64,000 bases of DNA from Selaginella moellendorffii (lineage: Eukaryota > Plantae > Lycopodiophyta): contig NW_003314305.1 in assembly GCF_000143415.4 (NCBI RefSeq), positions 191,325 through 255,324 of the forward strand, given 5' to 3'. The position numbers and the translations under genes are program-made. The notes beneath the pieces are model-generated. The model worked only from the letters and a program-made list of their open reading frames with translations, had not been told where the DNA came from and searched no databases. Positions 39,420-51,027 of this stretch are shown here, in pieces (positions within the stretch are counted from its first letter, which is position 1; every line of letters begins with the position of its first letter).

Positions 39420-41450
39420 TTAGATGGCCAGCTTCAAGTTGAGATCCACATCTTGGGCGCTGCTGCAACGGCGACGATGATGCTGATGATGATGGCGATT
39501 ATCCTGCCGGTGGGACACGGTGATGCTGTGCTCCACCTCCTCGATCGTTGACACATCCGTGAAGGAGTTGCCATAAGAGCTCGGAGATTTCTGGCTGCTG
39601 CTGCCATCCTCAACATCAGTCAGTGTTTCCTGGATCCAAAATAATGTCATGTCTGTCATCAGTCACCAGTGACAACGAAGAAAACCCAAAGAGAGCAGAA
39701 AAGAAAAGAGGGAGAGAGGAGGGGATATGTCATCTATAATATCGTACCTGCAGCGACAGTGACGATCTTTGCTGCTGCTGCTGGGCAGCGGCGGGAGAAG
39801 CGTTGGTGTTGGCAGAGCAAATCAGGCTCCTGCCGCTGGACTCGACGTCGCTGTGCGAGATTGAAAGGCTCAGGGCGAGGAAGTCAGCCCCTGATGACAC
39901 CAGAGCCTTTTTCGCCGCCGAGCATGATGTGGAGTCGAGATAGCAAGCAGCCGCGACTCGCTTGCGCAGGAATGGCATGCTGGAGACGCTGGACGTGCTG
40001 CTGTCGGTCGGGTGGTGCTCGCTCTTGACGAGATTGTCAAAGCCAGGCGCGGCACCAATGCAACTCGGCTGCTGCTTGATTGCATCGGCCTTAAGAAACG
40101 GCAGCGATGATTTGCCAAGCGCATTACTGCACGCAAACAAAAGCCACTCTCAGTTCCATGATTCGGTCGACGACACAGCGTTGAAGCAACGAGAAAAGAG
40201 AGACAAGAGACTGGCCACCCACGCACGCAATACCTGATGCTCCGAGGCGTATAGTGCGCGCCCGGCTTGAGAATGTTGTCGGCGGTTTCACTCTGCGAAG
40301 AGTTGGAGTGGATTTCCCCGTGATCCAGGGAAATCACGACGCATGGACGCTGCTTCTCCACAGAAGCCTGCCAGGAAGAAAGCGAGTCAATCTCCCTGTA
40401 TACTTTACGCGAGCAAACGCACAGCACAAGGAACGAGCGAACTTACATTATGCATGCTAGGCCACACTTGGTGTCCTGGAAAGTTTGTTTGGAAAGAAGA
40501 GAGCTCCTTGGGAATGCCAACCTTGAGACAGCCAGCCAGCGCGAGGAAACAAAAGAGAGAAACAAATGCTTGTTAAAAGCTTCACGAGTAGAGCGAGGCT
40601 TAGAAAACACGAAACGTACCATAGACAATTCCCTGCAATCGCGCGGCATCGGGAGTGACCCCGGTGGCAGCGACGCATCGAAAAGCTGGCCGGAATTCAC
40701 ACCCAAGGGGTGATGCTCGCCACCAGCTTTTCGCTGCTGCTGCTGCTGCTGCTTGACCACCATCGCATCCTCGTTGCGCGAGGAGCTGGAAGAAGCAGCC
40801 ACGCGCATCATCGCCGCAGCCATGAGACCCCCCGCATTCTTATCCGGAGGAGCTCGAGGAGGAGGAGCCACCAAGGCCGGCACCAGAGGCGAGGATTTGG
40901 ACGTGGCCACCATTCGTGCCACCTCGTGCTGCTGCACCAGAATTTCTAGCGGCGATGGCTCCACGGACGGATCACAGCCTCCCGGCGAGAATCCCCCATT
41001 TCGATGATCCGGCGAGCCACTGCTGCTACCCCTGTAGCCACTCCCAAAGCCCAAGATCCCCTTAATGTGGTGGGGGTGGTGGTGGTGGTGCCGCGGAGTC
41101 GAGGAGAGGAGAGGATAGACATCCTGGTCCAGGAATCCATAGCCGGATGGCAGCGGCACCAAGCCCAGCGACGCCAGGCACGCCGATTCCTGCTTGCTCT
41201 CCTCTTGCAATCGCAGCTTCTCTAGCTGCGCCACGCCCAATCCCCGCTGCGGCTGCTTCTTTGGCCCATTCTTGCTCTTGCGCGACCGGCCGCGCGCTCC
41301 CTGGAGGAGCGAGGACGATGGCTCATCGCCGCCGCCTCCCCTAGAGATCCTAGACACGACCTTATCGGCCGTGAAGTGAGCGCTGCCGTGATGCCCCAGC
41401 CCCGAGAGAACCTTGTCGTGGTCCGAGGATCTCACCACCAATGCGGCCAT
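39420..41450 (-). CDS. SPOROCYTELESS/NOZZLE-TIE (SPEAR) family EAR-motif repressor, multi-exon
   Basis: SPL motif PKKQPQRGLGVAQLEKLRLQE near the N-terminus and terminal EAR motif VDLNLKLAI*; ATG at 41450. Confidence 0.88.
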
Positions 41451-44400
41451 TCTCGGGCGAAATCGCGGTGGAATCACGCCGAAATATCGCTGCCCCGGGC
41501 CTCGCCGCCCTCCATCTCGTCACACATTGCCAAGAACAAGGAAGGGAGCGCTGCGCGCTCGCGCGGCGAATGGATCGATCTCCCCTTACATAGGCTCGAA
41601 CCCTGGCAATGGAATCGAAATCCCAGTGGTACCTTGCACCGCAGCTCTACCTAGCTCGAATCGATCACAAAGAGAATGCGATCGTCGCTCTCGCCGCTAG
41701 CGCTCGCTCCTCCACTTCTTCACATTGGCCTCCATATTACTCTCGCTAAAATAACCTCATCCTTAACAGTAGAACCCTAATCCCCCGTGGCACCGCCGTC
41801 GGATGGCCGCCATCGGACGACGCTAATTCTCCACCACATCCCGGCCGTCGGATCCCCGATCCAACGGTCAACGCGGCATTTAACTGGCTGCCCCCGTTAC
41901 GTGTGTCGCGCGCGCCGTAAAAGCCAAATCGCGCGGTAAGTTAACGGGAGGAAAGCTTACCGGCAGGGTAATCCAGCTGACTGACACCTGGCGGCGCAGC
42001 CGGTAGCGCGCGCAGGCTAAGATCTGGGCCACTACTGGGAAACTGGCGCAGTGCCAGTCAATGCGTGACATATTTTGGCAGGCTGGCACAAATTCCAGTT
42101 CCCCGCAGCAAACGTACGGCAGGGTACGGCCCGGTCACATTAATGCGGCGGCCGGCGATTCAGCTGTGTGGCCCCCTCATGGGAGTACGTACGAGGGAAT
42201 CAGATCTGGGGTTCGATTCCCAGCGCAAGCGTTTAGCACGATGCCCTTTGTAATCTAAATCTTTGTTTCCAAAGATTTCGTGCGGCAGTCTTTGGATGAA
42301 TTTCTAGAAGCGATGGACACCGCCCAAAATTCTTGGCGTGGACAGGCTTTGAAAATGCCGCGAGAGGGGAATCCGGATTAGGTCAAGGTGGCGTGGATCC
42401 AACGCTAAAGAGATCCATACGCATGCCGCTGGGGGCGTGATAAGTGGCATAAAACAATGGGCAAATGCCCAGTACACTTGGTGTATAGATTGTATAATTG
42501 ACACAGTCCAAGATGCCCGCGCGACGAGCTAGCTGATTGATTGACTGATTGATTGATCCATGGACGGAAGAGAATCTCAATCACAGACAAAAAGAGCGAG
42601 AGATTTAGGGTTTATCGCGCTTAAACCCTATACCCAAAAAGAGACGCGACGCTAGATTTGCAATGCCGCTGTTGGGCACTACACGGCCCATGTTTGGTCG
42701 GCTGCTATCATCCCACACGACAAACGAATTCCCTCAAATTCACCTTTCATATATGCCACCAAATCTAGCGGGCGGTCCCCCAGACTTGGCAAAACTAGCC
42801 TTAGCCCACTTTGAAAACGTCAAAAGAGATAGATCATCATCATGTAGATAGATATAGCTGGGGGAAGGCGTTACATCGCAGGCCCTGTACCATCGCCAAT
42901 GGCAAAATTCCACATCGGCCATTGGTCAGAAAAATCATAGTCCTTTGGATAGAGACGTACCACTAAGTGAGAACCACAGCAGTCGCTCTGCTCGGCGAAT
43001 ATACCCCTTGGGTGACCGCCACCTGGCGCCCAGTTTCTTGCCTGCCAGGCCAGACGATTTGGCCACCCCACTTCTGTGCCAATGAGCGTCCGGCCAAATC
43101 CAGCTCGCGTAACCAAATTGTCTGAAGTGGCCAGTGGATAGATAGGAATATCCGCCACGCATTCAAAGGTCATGCTGAAAAAGGTGGTGGTGCCAAGATT
43201 TAGGGCAAATGCAAGGCTCCCCAAAGGTCACTTTCGATTCGGACCCATTGCGAAAGAAGAAAAGTTGGCCTTGGCTCTATTTTTCGTGCGTGGTGTTGTG
43301 CACCACCTTGCTATTGTTGGCAAGTCTGAGGTAGGTGCCCGCCACCTTTCCACATCCGAGCGTGCGTGAGTATTAGGGTAACACATTCAAAGCATGTAGT
43401 TTAGGTGGGAGCCAGTCAAAAGAGTCCGAACCAAGATCAAGATCCCTGCTTGAACGTGGCAGTCAGAAACAGATTGTTTGTTGGGCCGGCAAAAATATTT
43501 CGTGGGCTGGCCGTACGAGCAAAGGTGGCGGGGTTTAGGTGTGTGTGTTTGTTTGGAGTGGAATATCTGCGCGAGTACGGGTATGGGTCAGTCCCGGATC
43601 CAATTCCCCGGAACTGGAAATCAGTTGAGCGGTGCTTTCCTCGACCCATTCTTTTGCTTTTACCCTTTGCACCCTTTTACCTTTGGGGGTTTTTATTCGT
43701 CCCCTCCACCACCTTTTACGTCATAAACCTTTGCGGGTCGGGTCAATTCGTCAATCAGTCAGCAGTCAGTGTGACCCAGAGTGTGTGTTTTGGGGTCACA
43801 AGCAAAGCGTGACACCGAGATAGACGAGCGAGACGTGTGTGATCAAAGGGCAAAAAAGATGATATGGAAATGGATTGGGCCGAGGGATGCATGCCTAGAA
43901 TCGTGGTGGGCCTGCGCTCTCCATCCCAATGACATATCTTTGTTGCATAAAAGCCAGATCTTTGTGGATGCCTCCAAGCCCGGCTCGCAATCCCTGTGGG
44001 GCTGGGGGGTAAAAGGCGTGTAAAAATCTTCTACTTTTCCTTTACCACTGGCTGCCTGTTACTCCCCTATCATCTGTTTTGTGTGCTGGTGTGCTTTGGT
44101 GGGGGTGTCAGCCAACCCTGTGTATCCTTGTCCCCGCAATCCGAGACAAGGCTCTTCATTGAGCGCCAGGACCACTTCCTCCAAATTCTTTTCCTTTCCT
44201 GGCCTAAATTGTCTAATTGGGTGTGATAAAATACCATAGCCTTGTGCACTGCATGTAGCTATAGGAATATTAGACACCCAAATATCTTGGAATAGTCCAA
44301 GGCATATGCCTCCCACGGTGTACGGCTTGGGCCATATGGCCACTTCAGGAAAGAAAAAGGTGGGAAAGCGACGGTAGCCGGTTTCAACGGGCGATGTGGA

Positions 44401-44835
44401 CTGAATAATGTGTGGTCCCGATCTGGCGCTCCTGTCACGTGGGCTTGTCTCGGCCGTCGGTATCCAGACGGTAGATCTCCCGGGCATTATTTTAGTAGTA
44501 AGTATTATTTTAGTCAATTAAGCTTGTTTAGTGTTTGTGTTGGCAGCGAGAAACATACCATTACTGTGGCCATGACAGTGTGTGCTCGAAATTTCACACA
44601 CGCCCTAAACAACAATATAGAATGAGATTTGATTATTTTTCTTTTGGGCACCCACAAGCCACATGGTGATAAGGTTGAATAAGGAGGTGACAGCGTGATC
44701 TGATATGAACCTTTGGAGTTTTTGATATGGCGAGTGCTGGTTATCCAACCTACACTGCGCATTGATGTTGGTGGCGGGGGAATATTATCAATCAATATTT
44801 AGCAAATTGGATCCTGTCTTTTGGAAAGTTTAATG

Positions 44836-44905
44836 TGATTTTCTGGTTGGGCATGAGCAATGGCCACGGGATGGGTTCAAGAGGTGAAAGAGAATCTAAT
44901 GCCAA
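44836..44905 (-). pseudogene. Truncated 5' stub of the PPR gene at the array boundary
   Basis: Identical to 54310-54379, but the PPR body is absent to the left. Confidence 0.85.
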
Positions 44906-45354
44906 AGTTGCAATGCTGATTCAGGCCTATTTAGAGCCATCCAGGCCAAATAGATTACAATTCTTATATTCTTTGTCCGCTCGGGGAGAAAGAAAAAAAA
45001 GCATATGTTGATCTGCAAACCAATGCTTTTGATTTCATTGGATTTTTAATCACAGCCCAGTGCGTTCTTAATGGCACAGAGGAGACAGGCCTGGAAGCAG
45101 CTGGGGGCGATTCTCCAGGACCAGAAAGCCTGACTAATCAAAGAGCCACGTAAATAGAAGCTCAAAGAACTATACGAAACAATGGAAAACATGGAAAGAC
45201 GATGGAAACAAGCTATGCGATGGAACAATGGAAAACAATGGAAAAAACACAACATCCAAGAACATCTTCGACGATTCATGACCCTCGACAACCTGGAGAG
45301 TCTACATGAGAACTCAGGAAACGACGGAAACTTCATTGCAAACTTACGGATTGC

Positions 45355-47275
45355 CTAGAACTGGGGACGGCCCTGCTGAAACCGGGAGGTGAAACTTTGC
45401 CCTCCGCATTCTAGCTCGACCTTCATGCCATCCCGAAAGCTGAGAACATACTCGGAGCACAAGTTTATGAGCTCGTGGCCGAGGACGAAATCGTGGCGAG
45501 CCAGATTCATGACCGCGAAATCCAGGCATCCCTTGAACCCGCCCTCGAGCTCAAACTCGAGGTCCGCCACTTTGCGATTGCTGGGCTGCGCGGTGCTCCC
45601 CACAAGCAGGTTGACGCTAAACGGACGGCACAGCGAAGTCGTCAGCCCGAGGCGGTTGACGGCGTTGACCGACACGAAGCTGTCCGAGTTCTGGCTGAGC
45701 ATGAAGGACGCCGGGCGGCCGTTGACCGTGCCCCGGAGCCAGCGGCCATAGTCGTCGTCGCCCATGAAGGACACCAGGCACGTCTTGGCCAGCGGCGCCG
45801 CCGTGAGCTCGGCTACCAAGTCTTGAGCCTCGTTCAAGCTGCCTGGCTGCTTGCCCGCCACGAACTCGGCCACCTCAGCGTTGGGCACCGACTGGAGAAA
45901 GCTGCATACCTCGAGAGGAAGAAGCTCCATTTCTTGCCCTAGGACCGTTTCAGGAGAAGAATATACCCGTGATTTTAAAACCCTGCTTGGGGCCCTGGTG
46001 CTCATCTCAAGATGTAGAGCCGCATCCAAATTCTCAGGGCTGTGCTTGAGATATCCCGGCACTACACTCTTTTCCAGGTCCTCAAGAACGTTAGCAGGGA
46101 ATATTCGCACCTTGTTCTTTTCGGCCCAAACCATGGTACGTGTACATTTGTTTTCCTTGATGATCTTTTTCATAGTTTCTGAGCCTTGTAGCTTGATCTT
46201 ATTCACCACCTGAACAACAATGACAGAAAAATACGACATCGGTCTCTAGAAGGTTTGCTATCAGTTTTCAGATCTTCTTACTAGGTGATTGTCATGGGCT
46301 ATGTTCCTCGAGGCGAGGGCACAGACGCAATGCCAGTGCATGACATCGGCGAGCACCTGGTACTCTTTCTCGGGAGGACGTGGTAGAGGGAGCGGAGGTT
46401 CAGGCCCTCTCCTAGAGTCTCACACCTGGATACGTCTTGGAGCTTGCAGCTTGATGCCGTCGCGAACGTGATAGTTGATGTGGATGAGCTGGCCAGCCTA
46501 AGGTCACAGTTCCAAAACACCATCAGGATATTATTCCATTGATGGTTTCATAGGTGCTTTTATTGATGAGGCTGTTCCCAAAGCTTATATAGCTTCGTCT
46601 TCTAAAATGATAGCCGAGCTTGGGAAACGTGAAAACCATGAGAATCATAACTTCTGGACGATGTCCAAGCCCTTTCATCACCTGCAAGTTAACAGAACTG
46701 AAAAGAGAAGCGAGCAGAAACTCACGGCGTTTACTCCTCAAACTGGGGACGACCCTGGTGGAACGGCGAGGTAAACTTCTGCCCACCGCCTAATCCAAAG
46801 TCGACCTTGATGATACCATCATCGTCCTTGTAAATCGCCTCGGAGCACACCTTCAAGAGCTGGTGCCCGAGGACGAAATCGTGGTGAATCAGATCCATAA
46901 CTGAAAAATCCATGCTGAAACTTGAGTTTGCGAACTTTGCGATTGTGGGGCGGAGAGGGGTTCCCGCCCAGGAACTTGACGCAAAACGGGCGGCACAGCG
47001 TCGTGGTCGGCCCCAGCCTATTGACCGCATTGACCGACACGAAGCTGTCCGAGTTCTGGCTCAGCATGAAGGATACCGGGCGGCCGTTGACCAGTTGCCG
47101 TAGTCCTCGTTGCCCATGTAGACACCCAGCACCGCTTGGCCAGCGGCGCCGCCGTGGCCACCACGGCTTGGGCCTCGCTCACGCTGCCTGGCTGCTTGGC
47201 CGCCACGAACTCGGCCACCTCGGTGTTTGACACCGACTGGAGATAGCTGTGTACCTCGAGAGAAAGAAGCTCCAT
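45355..47275 (-). CDS. Gag-CTD-like + retropepsin-like (pseudo)protease locus, copy 1; upstream module frameshifted, downstream module open
   Basis: FLQSVPNAEVAEFVAGKQPGSLNEAQDL (gypsy Gag-like) then LRGTVNGRPASFMLSQNSDSFVSVNAVNRLGL...DFVLGHELI (retropepsin pattern without D(S/T)G). Confidence 0.65.
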
Positions 47276-47987
47276 TTTTTCCTAACTTTTCTTGCCCTAC
47301 TGGGAGAAGAATATACTCAACAGAAAGTTTGCGCTATAGATGCCAAGCCAGGAGCATAAACAAAGAGCGAAAGAGTGAGGAGTGAAGCTTTCTTTCAGTA
47401 AAAGCAATACACTTTCCTGGTTGTTCTTGGACAAGGAAGTCCAGCTTAAATTAACAAATCTCACATGTACAAAACTATTAACAGTATATAATTTTTGGAA
47501 CCTGTATCTAAAATATACTAAAATATTTTGGAATATTCTACTATCTAAAAATGTTATTCATTTTGTATCTATATAAACTTTCTTAACCACTTACTAGCAT
47601 ATTCTAAGTTAATCTGATGTTTATAATTTATAACACAAGATTAATTTTATTACAAGCTATCAATATGATTAATAAATAATAAGCACTCAAATTATTTAAT
47701 TTTTAATTTTTGAGAAGAGAACCAATCATTTATGACATCTCCCACAATGATATCGCTCCATTCGGTACAAACACGTCCCATACAAGAACTTCCCACGTCC
47801 TCCAGTTTATCTGAGTCACTAAGAAATAAGAAACAAGAAAAGAATTGCTTTCTACCTGATTAGCAGAATGGTGTTGCTTGACGTCTTCAATCCCTTTGTT
47901 GGTAGCATGAAGGCAGAGCAAAAACAGCAGAGCAAATTTATTGATATTTCATCTTTATTTCATACATAACTATTTTCATATCGATCT

Positions 47988-48491
47988 TTAGTAAGGTTTC
48001 TGGCCTCCAACGTTGCCTGGTGGATCATAGTTGCAACTCACAATGTACGCATTCGCACCATTGCATTTCACTCGAGCGCATCCCACTCGCACCGAGTTCC
48101 TCCACACAACCTGAGTGTAGTGCCCGCACACCTTGCCCGGAGCACAAGTGTTTGATGCGTAATTGTAATCAGCCTTTTCCTTCACCCATTCTTTGACTGC
48201 GTCCGTGGCTGGAGGCGGCGCCAAGCCATCGCTCCCCCTCCACATATACAAGTTCTCGCCATACGGCCCGCTAGAGTGGACCATTTGACAGCTCGCCTGG
48301 AGAGTCGAGGCCCAGTTTTGCGCATACGAGGCAACTTGCTCGTTCCAAACCAGCGGAGGAACATTAACAGCAGATCTCGCGGAGTTGTGTGCGTCGACAA
48401 GATCACTCTCCGTGCTTGCAAGACCTGCGTGGAGAAATCCAGTGCCATAGATCACAAGAACCATTAGAGTTGCACGAAGAACTCCCCCCAT
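47988..48491 (-). CDS. PR1: Pathogenesis-related protein 1 (CAP/SCP), secreted, copy 1
   Basis: Signal peptide; HNSAR, HSSGPYGENL, CGHYTQVVWRNSVRVGC, CNYDPPGN..GQKPY; ATG at 48491. Confidence 0.96.
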   Translation of the reverse strand: MGGVLRATLMVLVIYGTGFLHAGLASTESDLVDAHNSARSAVNVPPLVWNEQVASYAQNWASTLQASCQMVHSSGPYGENLYMWRGSDGLAPPPATDAVKEWVKEKADYNYASNTCAPGKVCGHYTQVVWRNSVRVGCARVKCNGANAYIVSCNYDPPGNVGGQKPY

Positions 48492-48885
48492 AGCGATCAA
48501 ACTAGAACGCGGATTGCACAACTAAAAAGTATAGGAGCACGAAAACTTACTGTGGGAGACCATCCTCTTATAAAGCAGAGCGTAGGCATGGGGATCTCCC
48601 TTTGGATACGGCAAATACATTTCTTCTTAATGTTAGTCTTGCTTGCTCGCACGAGATTTTCCACGTCGTTATGCTCGTTTTTTTCTTGATCAATGACAAG
48701 AGATGGGTCAGTGACTTGACTTAACCGGCATGACCTTCCAGAATTCCACAAGATGGTTGCTGGGAACTTAAATAGTTCTATAGATCATAGATCATCAAGA
48801 ATAAAGATGACCTACAAATTAACGAATATACCAAGAAAAGTATGCAAGTATATGATTCTCTTCGATTAGGTCATAGATAGAGAAC
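48492..48885. promoter_or_regulatory. Divergent promoter PR1/vWA with W-box cores
   Basis: ggtcagtgacttgactt at ~48706-48722 (TTGACT and TGACC on the opposite strand), TGACC at ~48731 and ~48808, TATA-like TTTATAA on the minus strand at ~48568-48574. Repeated at 57961-58354. Confidence 0.55.
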
Positions 48886-50582
48886 ATGGCGGCAGGGTTT
48901 GAGAATTCCGAGGTAAGCAGCACGCTCCAGGAAGACGAGATCGTCCATCTTAGCGAGGAGCTAGGCTGGCTAGTGATTGGCGAGCAGCCGGAGCTCAAGA
49001 TCATCGGCGAGGTCGACAAGATCAAGGCCAGGGGAGAAGAAGAAGAAGAAGAAGAGCGATGCTATACAGCGCTCGTCCATCTCAAAGCTCCCAAAAGCGA
49101 TAGCTCCGATGATGCTCGCGCCCCGGTCGATCTGGTCACAGTGCTGGACGTGAGCGGCAGCATGCGCGGCCAGAAGCTGGAGCTCGTCAAGACCGCCATG
49201 GAGTTTGTGATCCGGAATTTGCGACAGCAGGACCGCCTCGCGATCGTCTCCTTCTCGGACGAGCCCAAAGTCCATCTCGGTCTCAAGAGGATGACTTACG
49301 ACGGTCGAGAGGCGGCACTCAGTGCAGTGGAGAAGCTGCGGACCCTGGGAGGGACCGAGATCCGTCCGGGGCTAAAGGCTGGATTCGATCTTCTCTCGCG
49401 GCGCAGGAACAGGAACCCGGTGTCGAGCATCATGCTTCTCTCGGACGGGATGGACAATGCGATCACGTTCAAGCGATGCAAAGTTCTTCCAGTGGATTCC
49501 TACCTCGAGGACTGCAGTGAGCGGGTTCCAGTGCACACTTTCGGATTTGGAAGTGACCATGATCCCGAGGCCATGCTCAGCATCGCCGAGGCCACAGGCG
49601 GCAGCTTTTGCTACGTGCAAGAGGAGTCCACCGTCCAGCACGCGTTTGCTCAGTGCATTGGCGGGCTGCTTAGCGTGGTGGCACAGGAAGTGGAGGTCTG
49701 CATCGAGGCGAGTGGCGGAGCGAAGATCAGGAGTGTGGAAGCCACCGCCGGAACGACGGCCATGGATGGCGATCGAGCTGCGACAGTGAAGCTTGGATCC
49801 TTGTACGCGGAAGAGGAGAGAGATATCCTGGTGGAGCTCTTGCTGCCTAGCTCTGACTCGAGCTCTTCGTCGATGGAACTTCTCAAAGTTGGGGGGAGCT
49901 TTCGAGACCCCGGGCAGTCGAACAAGACCCAGCAGTTTGCAACTTCGAGCTTGGTAATCCAGGAGCTCAAAGCTGGCGAAGAAGAGGAGGCGGTAAGGAT
50001 TGAGGTGGACAGGCAGAAGAACCGTGTGAGTGCCTCGAAGGCGATGGCTGCCGCTCGTAAGCTGGGGTCTGGCAGCTTGGCATCGGCAAAGCAAGCGCTG
50101 GTGGACGTGAAGGAAAAGATTGAGAGCTCCCGAGCGTTTGGAGCTGGCGATGGCTTGTCCAAGAGATTGGTGAGAGAACTCGACGAGCTGATCCAGTGCA
50201 TGAAGGAGGATTATTACCAGTTTGGGGGGCATGCCATGCTGCTTGCCAAGGGGAATTCTCACTGCAACCAGCGAGCTTCGTACCAGCCAACGTACCAGCC
50301 AACATGTAAGACATTTTGGACAGCTCTTTTGTGTTCTAACTCTTGTGAACTCTCTTCTCTCTCTTTGAATCAGCCCGTTTTGCCGGTTGCAGCAGCAACA
50401 ACGTACCTCTCTGTGGCAGCACCAACCACAGCAGCAGCAACGTAGCGTTCGCAAACTTTAGCAAATTCGATTTCCACGCTAGAAGTTCCTTGGCACAAGA
50501 CGATGAGCCAGAGACATCCTATGAAACGTCGGCGATGGTAGATATGCTGGACAAGTCTAAGAAGTTCAAGAGTAATAGATAA
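48886..50582 (+). CDS. vWA-Vwaint protein (RING-less WAV3-family-like), copy 1; intron 50306-50373
   Basis: RAPVDLVTVLDVSGSM (MIDAS), GGTEI, IMLLSDG, PVHTFGFGSDHD, AFAQCIGGLLSVVAQE, SHCNQRAS. The spliced last exon restores SYETSAMVDMLDKS. Confidence 0.9.
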
Positions 50583-51027
50583 ATCTAGATTTTTCTATTT
50601 GATGCATGTTGCGGTGTGTTGGTGGAAACATGGAGAAGTTAAGCAAAAGAGCAGAATCACAGAACTTACAGATCACTGGAAACCTGGTGAAAGCCCTTGC
50701 AGCTGTGGCATCCTAGTTGATGTTGCAAGCATAAACAGTAAGATAAAGGGAGATAACCAGCTTTATACTTGAGAATGGCATCACCATCTTTAAGCAAGCA
50801 ACCTCTCCATTTTGTGATCAAACTAAAGATGGAGAGAGCTGGATTTTGTGAGCTTTTGATAAGCTGATTCATTGCAGCGTTTTCTCGAAATCAAATACAT
50901 GGCGATGGCGTTCCAGGACAAAACGTAATAGTTATAATAGATACCCTTGTTCAGTAAAGGTATAAAGTTCGAAACCTTCGCCCACACGGCAAGTAGCTAG
51001 CTACGTAAATAGCTCTCTTCGATTACA

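Noticed and set aside
41450-44835. Conserved miRNA, tRNA or rRNA gene
   Set aside because: No match by eye to conserved plant miRNA families or structural RNA signatures
45355-47275. Active LTR retrotransposon in the array
   Set aside because: No RT, RNaseH, integrase, LTRs or PBS/PPT seen, and the catalytic Asp is absent
50306-50445. ORF-track C-termini of the vWA proteins (KTFWTALLC..., ...LLVLVLVLKE) suggesting a membrane anchor
   Set aside because: Read-through into a GT-AG intron; splicing restores the conserved YxTxxM terminal motif
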